From a virus, in IMG/VR virus record IMGVR_UViG_3300025592_000986: a DNA stretch of 64,000 nt. One strand, 5' to 3'. The position numbers and the translations under genes are program-made. The notes under the pieces are model-generated. The model did not search any database, had not been told where the DNA came from, and was given only the letters and a program-made list of their open reading frames with translations. Shown here piece after piece: positions 1-7,564 of the stretch (the first letter of the stretch is position 1; every line of letters starts with the position of its first letter).

Positions 1-1148
1 CTTGAAACAGAGAAGATAAAATCAGCCACGAAGCATTTATTGAATGCCTCTGAAATAGACTCCATTGTAATGACCTCGGCGTTAAGACCTGATCTATTTG
101 TTTGCGAAGCTGTCCATATTGGACAACTATTAGCTTGAGAAATTCCTCGCAACTCCTCGTAAATAGTCTCTAGTTGGTGTCTTTTCTCATCTTTCGAAGA
201 AGATTCTGGTCTTATCAAATCAGCATAGTCAACAATTATCAAATCAGGCTCGAAACCGCGATTTATTAATTTTTCCAAGTGGTTTTTTATTGTGACGATC
301 GACGCGGATCTGGTCGGATATTCCTTTACGATCAATGCGCCGGCGATGTCTTTTATCTCGTCATACACTTTTTCTTTGAAAACTGGCAAGTTGTTAAGCT
401 CTATTCCGGTGATGCAACTATCATACCTCAAAGACACAACAGCGTCCGATAACTCAAGAGTGTAATGAACTACTTTCTTGCCTGCTTTTACGGCGGCTGA
501 GCCTAGATGTGCTAGGACCATCGACTTTCCTGCACCAGTTGGTGCGATCACAACCCCTAGTTCACCCTTACCTAGGCCGCCTTTGGTGATTTTATCAATA
601 TCCACCCAACCACTCGAAACTGGGTTTCTGGCTTTGAGTTCGAATCTCTTTTCAAAGTCTTTTAAATAATCATACCCGAAATCATTATCGCTGCCAAGAA
701 TCAGCGCGTTGTCGATCAGGCTCCTAACTTCGTCAAAAGAACAACGCTTCATCAAATCAACTGACTTAATCAGAGCTTCTTTTAGCTTCTGTTTTCTACA
801 GAACTCAAGAGCAGTGTTCTTGATGAACTCAGAACCCTCCACTTCAAGCTCAGAGGAAACCACCCTTGCGTAATAATCTCTTATTCTTATTTGAACAGAT
901 TCCGGCTCGGTTACAAGTTCTGTTCTTACGATAGCCCTCATGATCTTCTCTGTGGGGTGGACCTTGTATTTCTTGCGATAGCTGGAAATCTTACGGACGA
1001 ACACCTGCAGATGTTTTAACTCCAAAAAGTTAATGTCCAAGACTTCAAACATTCGGTCTGCAAATGGTCTGTCTCTCAGCATCAGTTGACACAAGTCCTC
1101 TTGGAAAGATTTTCCAAATTTGGAGAAGTCTTCTTTTTCTTGATTCAT
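1..1148 (-). CDS. DnaB-like replicative helicase (T4 gp41-like), 3' end truncated by window edge
   Basis: Missing from the ORF track; translated manually from ATG at 1148 (MNQEKEDFSKFGKSFQ). Contains GGLGKGELGVVIAPTGAGKS (Walker A), HYTLEL and IIVDYADL (Walker B). Confidence 0.9.
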   Translation of the reverse strand, partial: MNQEKEDFSKFGKSFQEDLCQLMLRDRPFADRMFEVLDINFLELKHLQVFVRKISSYRKKYKVHPTEKIMRAIVRTELVTEPESVQIRIRDYYARVVSSELEVEGSEFIKNTALEFCRKQKLKEALIKSVDLMKRCSFDEVRSLIDNALILGSDNDFGYDYLKDFEKRFELKARNPVSSGWVDIDKITKGGLGKGELGVVIAPTGAGKSMVLAHLGSAAVKAGKKVVHYTLELSDAVVSLRYDSCITGIELNNLPVFKEKVYDEIKDIAGALIVKEYPTRSASIVTIKNHLEKLINRGFEPDLIIVDYADLIRPESSSKDEKRHQLETIYEELRGISQANSCPIWTASQTNRSGLNAEVITMESISEAFNKCFVADFIFSVS

Positions 1149-1171
1149 TGTGTTCCTTCCTGGTTTTAACC

Positions 1172-1200
1172 AGATTAGCATAAGCTTTTGGGAGGGTCAA
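1172..1200 (-). promoter_or_regulatory. sigma70-type promoter upstream of helicase
   Basis: TTGACC-17 nt-TAATCT with TG extension on the minus strand, 24 nt upstream of the ATG. Confidence 0.6.
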
Positions 1201-1201
1201 C

Positions 1202-2164
1202 CTATTCGGGTGTTACCGTATGATTAAACGACGCGAACAGGTCAGACAGTCCTATCTGGCCGAATCCGTCTTTAGACATCATCGTCCTGAAGTTGGTTTT
1301 ATTGAACAGTGGGACAAAGCTGTCGATCTGGTCTCTTATTTTGTTCTTGGTCTGTGGGGATATACTAGGAGACGACAACTGCATCAATCCATAGTTTCCA
1401 GCAATCACTTCCTGATTCAATAGTATGTTCTCATAGACCTTGATCTTGGAACTTTCAGCCAGGGTTTGGCAGTACCTTAACAACTCATATATACTGTAGT
1501 CCTTCTCTTCCGCCAGGAAAGAGAACCTTTTTGCGACAGTGGGAAGGCCAACACCCTGAACCCCTTTCAAACCGTCACTTACATCTCCCGCAACAGCCCT
1601 CGCCAAAGCAAAGTTGTTCGGGTGTATACCGTGCTTCTCAACAACACTGTTCTTGTTAAGGACTTCTTTTTGTGTAGGTCTGTAAAGAACTGTCTTTTCA
1701 TCGAGCAATTGGATGAAGTCCTTATCGCTCGACACAATGATCTTTTGCCACTCTTTGTACTTTGTGAACTTACTGACAAAAGCGATAACGTCATCAGCTT
1801 CTATCGCGGGCTCCATAAACTGGATTACGGGCGAGTTGTTCAGATACTCAATAGACCTCAGTTGTTGTCTAATCTTATTGTCCGTCTCCTGTTCTGCGGT
1901 GAAGTTCGCGTTCACCCGATTCAACCTGAGAGGCTTTCTGCCGGATTTATAGTTCTTATTGGCAGATCTTCGTCTTTGAGATCCGCCTGCTCCGTCCCAA
2001 ACTACAATTATTTGATCTGGCTTAACCTCCCTAGAGAGCTTGTTCAGGACTTTCAAGAACCCGCAGATGCCTCCAATGTGTTCACCACTATAAGAGGTAG
2101 ACGGGTCTGATATATACGCCCTCAAGTACTGATTGTGCGCATCTACGATCATCGCTCTCTTCAT
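1202..2164 (-). CDS. 5'-3' exonuclease / flap endonuclease (PolA N-terminal domain, T4 RNase H-like)
   Basis: IVDAHN, VVWDG, YKSGR, EADDVIA, SSDKDFIQL, GDVSDGLKGVQGVG (H3TH). Likely start MKRAMIVD at 2164 after AGGAG; the longer track ORF runs through a terminator. Confidence 0.9.
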   Translation of the reverse strand: MKRAMIVDAHNQYLRAYISDPSTSYSGEHIGGICGFLKVLNKLSREVKPDQIIVVWDGAGGSQRRRSANKNYKSGRKPLRLNRVNANFTAEQETDNKIRQQLRSIEYLNNSPVIQFMEPAIEADDVIAFVSKFTKYKEWQKIIVSSDKDFIQLLDEKTVLYRPTQKEVLNKNSVVEKHGIHPNNFALARAVAGDVSDGLKGVQGVGLPTVAKRFSFLAEEKDYSIYELLRYCQTLAESSKIKVYENILLNQEVIAGNYGLMQLSSPSISPQTKNKIRDQIDSFVPLFNKTNFRTMMSKDGFGQIGLSDLFASFNHTVTPE

Positions 2165-2180
2165 AAAAACTCCTAAACAA

Positions 2181-2222
2181 AAAAAAGCACCCCAAAGCAT
2201 CTTTTTTAACACTTTGGGGTGC
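2181..2222 (-). terminator. rho-independent terminator after recA/uvsX
   Basis: GCACCCCAAAG-loop-CTTTGGGGTGC (11-bp stem) followed by a T run. Confidence 0.8.
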
Positions 2223-2247
2223 GGGGCCAAGAAATAATCGAAGATTA

Positions 2248-3372
2248 TTATTCCTCGGCAGGTGGGACCTCTTCACTATCGTAATAGTCAGCAGCATTGC
2301 CTTGTTTCTTATCGAATTTCATTATAACATCATCCTCGATAATTTTCAACACAGACTCTTTAAACTTATCGCTTTGAAGTTTATTAGTCCATTGCTTTCT
2401 TTGGAAGCGCTCTTCGGTGCCATCATTGTGGACAAGGGTGTACCAAGCTCCTGAAGATTTCAGTCTTTCTGAGATCTGAATCGCGTCAAACCAGCTTTCC
2501 TCGTCCTGAACTCCGATATCTTCGTCTCCCCATAGGATCTTAAAGTTGCAGGTTCGACCAGCGGTCCCGAAACGAGACTTTTCGATCTTCACTTTAACTT
2601 CAGATCCGATTCGGAAACCATTGTCATCCAATACGAAACTAGCCTTTGCTTTTCTGCCAGTTAGCCAGATCCTCAAAGAATATGCGTAGTGCATAGCTTT
2701 ACCGCCGGGCGTAACATATGGAGTTGTCATTGCCTCCGACGGTGAGCGAGTTATATTCGTCTTCAATTGGTTTAAGACTAAAAACGTAGCGTTACTATTC
2801 GCAATGGGCACTGTTAGTTTAGACATGCCCTTAGAGAGAATCCTAGCCTTTACTGCCATCGATGACAAAGGATTAAAATCCCCTTCAACGTCAGAGACTG
2901 ACGGCGTTAGAGCGAGAGAGTCCCAAATAAAGAGCCATCGGTTCTCCGTACCTAACAGTTCTTCAATCGTTTCTAGAACAAACTCCACGGACTCAGCTTG
3001 GATATACATCAAACCGTTCAGCGAACAACCTGCCCTTTCCAAAAAGGAAGGGTCGATTGCAGACTCCGAGTCGAAATAAACGACGTCGATGCCCATATCT
3101 TGAGCATTGGCTGCAACCTGTGCTGCTAGAAAGCTTTTGCCGGTAGCTTCAAGACCTGCAATTTCACAGATCTTGCCCACAGGGATGCCCGCTGAACGAC
3201 CTTTGCAAATTATGGAGTCTAACCACTTCGACCCAGTAGGAATCCAATCCGTAACTTCGGTTGGATTTTGGTTGTTTAAGTTGTGAGCAACCTCCCTGCC
3301 AGCCTTCTTGTTTATGAGGCGCATTGCCTCTTCTAGGGAAACATTCCCCGGTCTTAGTTTTGCCACTTTCAA
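2248..3372 (-). CDS. uvsX: RecA/UvsX recombinase
   Basis: IPTGS..LD, EIAGLEATGKS (Walker A), YFDSE, IWDSL, NQL, TPGGKAM. Confidence 0.93.
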   Translation of the reverse strand: MKVAKLRPGNVSLEEAMRLINKKAGREVAHNLNNQNPTEVTDWIPTGSKWLDSIICKGRSAGIPVGKICEIAGLEATGKSFLAAQVAANAQDMGIDVVYFDSESAIDPSFLERAGCSLNGLMYIQAESVEFVLETIEELLGTENRWLFIWDSLALTPSVSDVEGDFNPLSSMAVKARILSKGMSKLTVPIANSNATFLVLNQLKTNITRSPSEAMTTPYVTPGGKAMHYAYSLRIWLTGRKAKASFVLDDNGFRIGSEVKVKIEKSRFGTAGRTCNFKILWGDEDIGVQDEESWFDAIQISERLKSSGAWYTLVHNDGTEERFQRKQWTNKLQSDKFKESVLKIIEDDVIMKFDKKQGNAADYYDSEEVPPAEE

Positions 3373-3381
3373 GTCTTACTC

Positions 3382-4146
3382 CTAATTTTTGCCCAAGAGA
3401 TCGTTAAACGCAGCATCCACAGAGTCTGTAGAAGACTCAACAGCCATAGTCTTGGGGGCCGAGTATTTCTCTACCTGATTATCCGTAGAGTCGGCATCCA
3501 AGAAAGTGTCCAGTAACGATGAAACTTCACCAGAAGACTTTCGTTCAAAGAGGGAATCAAAAGCAGGGATCGACTCAAGCAATTCTGCACAGCGGTCATC
3601 ACCACCGGTTGAGTCGTCGCACAGAGTCGTCTTTCGAGGCCGAGGACGGATGTCTGTCCGTGGGAAGCTGGCTCCAGGCTGCTTTCCGTACATAATCTTA
3701 AGATCGTTTCCGCTTTCAGGGTCTGTAATATCCCCGTAGTCTGGGTCGAAGACAATCTTTAGCAAACTTTCGTATGCCATCTTGCCGTAACCCCAGATTC
3801 TAACGCCCTCAGACTCTTCTCCTCGGACCAAAACTGGAGAAAAGAATCGCTTCTTGGCAAAGAGGTCCTTCGCCATCTTCTTACTATCATCTGTACCTTC
3901 GTTCCAGAGCTTGCTTGCAAAATTACAAACCGAGCACTCGTCTCCGAAGTTATGCTTAGGGCACAAGAAACCACCCTGTGCTACGTTATAGTGGAAGTGA
4001 TATTCCTTAAACGGATCTCCATCTGCGGTCGGAACAATGCGAATATTGCTCTCTCCATCCACAGGCTTCCAAAAAACGTTCTTGGAATCGCCCTTGCCGG
4101 TTAAGTTGTTAAGCTTCTCTTTCATTCTATCCATATTCAGTGCCAT
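3382..4146 (-). CDS. single-stranded DNA-binding protein, T4 gp32-like
   Basis: FWKP..G...IRIVP, Zn-ligand pattern HY...CP...C..C, acidic C-terminal tail (DAAFNDLL). Likely start MALNM at 4146 after AAGGAGG. Confidence 0.85.
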   Translation of the reverse strand: MALNMDRMKEKLNNLTGKGDSKNVFWKPVDGESNIRIVPTADGDPFKEYHFHYNVAQGGFLCPKHNFGDECSVCNFASKLWNEGTDDSKKMAKDLFAKKRFFSPVLVRGEESEGVRIWGYGKMAYESLLKIVFDPDYGDITDPESGNDLKIMYGKQPGASFPRTDIRPRPRKTTLCDDSTGGDDRCAELLESIPAFDSLFERKSSGEVSSLLDTFLDADSTDNQVEKYSAPKTMAVESSTDSVDAAFNDLLGKN

Positions 4147-4225
4147 TATATTACCTCCTTGTGGTATTGTTTTTTTTGCACTCATCGCTATAGCAGGTCG
4201 GCAAATTTCCCGACCAACTCTCTCT

Positions 4226-4254
4226 AATATATCTTATGCTTTATTTTATGTCAA
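4226..4254 (-). promoter_or_regulatory. sigma70-type promoter upstream of SSB
   Basis: TTGACA-17 nt-TATATT. Confidence 0.75.
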
Positions 4255-5083
4255 GTTGAATTTGTGAAGAATATGAAACTACATATCCGTAGTTTGTGTC
4301 GTACTCTGTCGAGTAGATTCCATAACTAATCTTATTTTTATTGATGTTCTTGCCTTTTATCTGAGTTATGATCTTTTTTCTCAAGGTCTTGTCCTCATCA
4401 ATTTGTTTCTCTGACATACCGTAATAGTAGCGGGTCTCATTTGGGCTGTCAAGGGGAAAGAACATCTTTTCTTCACCGGTGGTGGGATCAAGCAGGCCAA
4501 TGGTGCAAATCCTGTTCCCAATCGCAGGGCCAGAGAATGTATCAGTAACAGAGTCTATATGGTTGAATACGTTGATTCCGTGGAATGTTGCTGAAATCAT
4601 TTGATTTAACTCGCCATAGTAGTTCCTAAGCGGAACCTCTTGCATACAGCCCTCCACACTGTCGTTGGAAACGAGGAACATCTTTTCAAAAACGCCCGAC
4701 CTTGTGTATTCTTGCAAGACATGTCGAACAGTTCGCTCAAGCAGTCTCTTTTTCTCGTTCAACAACGAAGCATCCGGCTGAACATACAAGACGTTGATAT
4801 TTGACTTGTGGTGTATTTGCTGGAGGATCGATAAGGTGATCGCAGAGATGTCGCTGGCCCCATTAACTACAAACAGGACATCTTTTGTGATTCTAGCCAA
4901 GAAACGTTTTACACTCGGGCAACTAGATTCGTACAACTCTGGCGAGTCCTGGGGTTGTACCCTGAAATACTTCTTTTCGTCTGACTCTTTAGAGTCGATT
5001 AAATATACTTTGTACTGTGGGAAGGCTGAAAAAGACCTCGCGACATTACAACCGGCGGTACCCAGGCCTATTATTGTATCCAA
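4241..5083 (-). CDS. divergent tubulin/FtsZ-superfamily protein
   Basis: N-terminal IIGLGTAGCNV (T1-loop-like), then YLIDS and a Rossmann-like pattern. The GGGTGSG signature position is degenerate (VVNGASDISA). Confidence 0.65.
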   Translation of the reverse strand: MDTIIGLGTAGCNVARSFSAFPQYKVYLIDSKESDEKKYFRVQPQDSPELYESSCPSVKRFLARITKDVLFVVNGASDISAITLSILQQIHHKSNINVLYVQPDASLLNEKKRLLERTVRHVLQEYTRSGVFEKMFLVSNDSVEGCMQEVPLRNYYGELNQMISATFHGINVFNHIDSVTDTFSGPAIGNRICTIGLLDPTTGEEKMFFPLDSPNETRYYYGMSEKQIDEDKTLRKKIITQIKGKNINKNKISYGIYSTEYDTNYGYVVSYSSQIQLDIK

Positions 5084-6264
5084 TTGACTTTCCTCATTTC
5101 ACCGAAATTCTTGCCGATACTTAGATTTACCCTGTAGTCTCCGAACCTAGTAGCCCCAAAGATGCTCAAGATTTCCATCAGGTCTGCTTTGTCTGAAGCG
5201 CAACAGTCCACAACTATCGAATCGTGCATTAAGAATACGATATTACTTCTTCTTTTTTCAAGAAAATTATTAACTTTTATTGCTTGTTCAATACACATGT
5301 CACTGCTTGTGCTTTGGACTATATAGTTCAGCGCCACTCTGTCGTCTGCCTCAATATAGCGCGAGAACGGCGTTCTAACGCCCGCCTTGTGCCGATAGTT
5401 GTCTTTGACCCAATCCCTGTTGTAAAGGCGCTCCAGTGCCCGATCTCGCGCTTCAGGGTTGTATAACCAGGCAAAAGTGCGCTTCTTAATCTCCTCTCTG
5501 GTCGTTGAGTGTCCCGAAAGGTTTTGAAGATTCCATTCGTGGATATCTAATTGTGGTTGGGGCTTTCCAGAAAGTGCTAGGAGGGTTCTCAACTCTGCTG
5601 CGTTAAAATCCAGTTCAACAAACAGGTCGTTTCTTGGCTTGACATACTTCCTTAAATCCTTGTCCAAGTTAAGTATCGGAAATGATCTTTTGTTGGTGGT
5701 AAGTCTTCCCGTCTTTGAACCAAAAACATTATACGAGACACAGTGTTCTATACCTTTGACCTTTTTGAGGAACCTCCTAACTTTCTGATCGTGGTAATCC
5801 TTTTTCAATCGTGCAAAGTCTATGTTGAGTTCTTCACAACCAATATCGTCAACTAGCCTTACAGCACCCAGCAAATGATTGTAGTTTTCTGGCTTTTTGT
5901 AATTCTCAAATACGTGTTGAGTTATTATGTTTCTACATTCTAAAAGCTCACATATGTGCTTTTCAGGTATGAGGTCGAACAAACAGTGATCTCTCATGTC
6001 TATATCTGCAGTCTTTATAGATTCGGAAAACGCTTTGAGTTTTTCATTTATTTTCTCGAACCTTTCGGATATTACTTCGGGGCAGTGGTCCGCGAGTGGA
6101 GCCCCAGAGACATAGAGATTTGCAAATTCAATATCTTTTCCGAAAAGAGATGAAGTGTAGCCCCAAGTTCTTTTACATTTTTCATCAATATCTTCATACT
6201 TCAGCGCTCCAGCGCTGTAAAAAGCTACACACTCTTTTTTGTCGTCGACAACCTGAAAGTACAT
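5071..6264 (-). CDS. minimal family A (PolA-like) DNA polymerase domain
   Basis: TGRLT, motif A ELDFNAAELR, DIH, motif B REEIKKRTFAWLY, ALNYIVQSTSSD, motif C MHDSIV. Confidence 0.85.
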   Translation of the reverse strand: MYFQVVDDKKECVAFYSAGALKYEDIDEKCKRTWGYTSSLFGKDIEFANLYVSGAPLADHCPEVISERFEKINEKLKAFSESIKTADIDMRDHCLFDLIPEKHICELLECRNIITQHVFENYKKPENYNHLLGAVRLVDDIGCEELNIDFARLKKDYHDQKVRRFLKKVKGIEHCVSYNVFGSKTGRLTTNKRSFPILNLDKDLRKYVKPRNDLFVELDFNAAELRTLLALSGKPQPQLDIHEWNLQNLSGHSTTREEIKKRTFAWLYNPEARDRALERLYNRDWVKDNYRHKAGVRTPFSRYIEADDRVALNYIVQSTSSDMCIEQAIKVNNFLEKRRSNIVFLMHDSIVVDCCASDKADLMEILSIFGATRFGDYRVNLSIGKNFGEMRKVNWIQ

Positions 6265-6277
6265 CTACCCTCTTTTT

Positions 6278-7564
6278 TTAATATGATCCGCCACCAGGAG
6301 TCCCAGCAGGTGCGTTTGGCACAGGTGGAACTTCATCCTCATCCTGGACAATATCACTGCTCGGGCGGGTTGTCAAGCCGGACCCTTGTCTCGATAATAT
6401 GATTTTTGGATTTAAGTCTGTGAACACTTTATCCAGGTATTTGAAAGAGGCTAATGGCCCTCGGCGATGTGCCTCATAGAGGGCGGCAACTCTTATCTCG
6501 TCAAACTGCACTTGAGAAGTTCTAACTGCATTTTCGTTGTATTTGCAGTGCAGGTATATTTCAACCAAAGTTCTTAGATCTATTTCCTGCTCGATCTGTT
6601 CCAAAGGGCTTGGTGCGGGCCTTGGTACCTGTTGCTTGCTCTTGATTGATCCATCCTTGCAGTATTTGTTTGTTACGATGACAGGGTTGTCTCTTGAGAA
6701 CTCGTAAAACATCTGTATTATCATTTCTTTCATCTTTGCAAAATCTTGAGCATATGTTTGAATAAAGTACTGGCTCAGAAACTCCACTCCGCCAGAAATA
6801 CCATAATAACTCATATGTTTCTGAATTGCTTTCGATGAGAGGTCGGCAATTAGGTTCCAGGGTGCGTTAATATTGATCTTGAATCCAGACTTTGCTGCCA
6901 ATTTTGTATACAAATCGTAGTCTTCATTCAAAAACAGGTCGTTTTTTAAAGAGTCGTCACCATAGTCCTTGCTCATTACGTCAATCGCCAAGCCAGTTGT
7001 GTGATGAGAGCACTGAGTGGATAAAATGAATGACCCATAAGTGATTGTCATAATGCTAGCGTGAACTTTGACAAATTCCAGAAATTCAGAAGCCATTTGG
7101 TTTATGGTTTGTATTTCGTTCCTCTTTGGAAACAGGAACTTTTCAGCAAAAAGCCCTTTCACTTGCTCAATGTGAGAGTTATACTTTTTAACAGGACTCT
7201 CGTAGCCTCGTGAGGCGGCTGCTGTCAGCTCTAATCCTGGGATCGTCAGACCGCCAATTTTCGCTGAATGTCTTTCCAAGTTTTTCCTAAACTCGTCGAA
7301 TGCGTCAGCGACGAAATCTACGCAAAAAATAGAACCACCAGCAGTGAGAGGAGCTAGCGTACCTTGGTTATTCAATGCGACAATCTCACCAAAGTGGTTG
7401 ATCTTTCCGTACAGAGAATACTTTAAGTTTAAATCAATGTGGCGATCGATGATGCTTGGACCCATCAGCCTCTTGGCGATGGTTTTATATTGCCTTCTAC
7501 CATAGTACGACATCCTGGTCTTGGAGTCGTTGGAAGCGGGTGGATATATTACTCCGTCTCTCAT
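6278..7564 (-). CDS. hypothetical protein with degenerate M15 (VanY-like) peptidase fold
   Basis: VADAFDEF...SRGYES...SHHTTGLAID...AAKSGF...APWN follows the order of M15B motifs A.AF..M/SGYRS/SxHxxGxAxD/YGF/EPWH. Confidence 0.55.
   Translation of the reverse strand: MRDGVIYPPASNDSKTRMSYYGRRQYKTIAKRLMGPSIIDRHIDLNLKYSLYGKINHFGEIVALNNQGTLAPLTAGGSIFCVDFVADAFDEFRKNLERHSAKIGGLTIPGLELTAAASRGYESPVKKYNSHIEQVKGLFAEKFLFPKRNEIQTINQMASEFLEFVKVHASIMTITYGSFILSTQCSHHTTGLAIDVMSKDYGDDSLKNDLFLNEDYDLYTKLAAKSGFKININAPWNLIADLSSKAIQKHMSYYGISGGVEFLSQYFIQTYAQDFAKMKEMIIQMFYEFSRDNPVIVTNKYCKDGSIKSKQQVPRPAPSPLEQIEQEIDLRTLVEIYLHCKYNENAVRTSQVQFDEIRVAALYEAHRRGPLASFKYLDKVFTDLNPKIILSRQGSGLTTRPSSDIVQDEDEVPPVPNAPAGTPGGGSY
6348..6376 (-). 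promoter_or_regulatory. sigma70-type promoter upstream of PolA-like gene
   Basis: TTGACA-17 nt-TATTGT with TG extension, inside the 3' end of the upstream ORF. Confidence 0.6.

Noticed and set aside
2165-2230. N-terminal extension of the exonuclease ORF in the track
   Set aside because: It runs through a clear terminator; an AGGAG-led ATG at 2164 matches the domain start
4241-5083. Nucleus-forming jumbo phage (PhuZ/chimallin) interpretation
   Set aside because: Head and tail genes are T4-like, no chimallin or multisubunit RNA polymerase is seen, and the tubulin signature is degenerate
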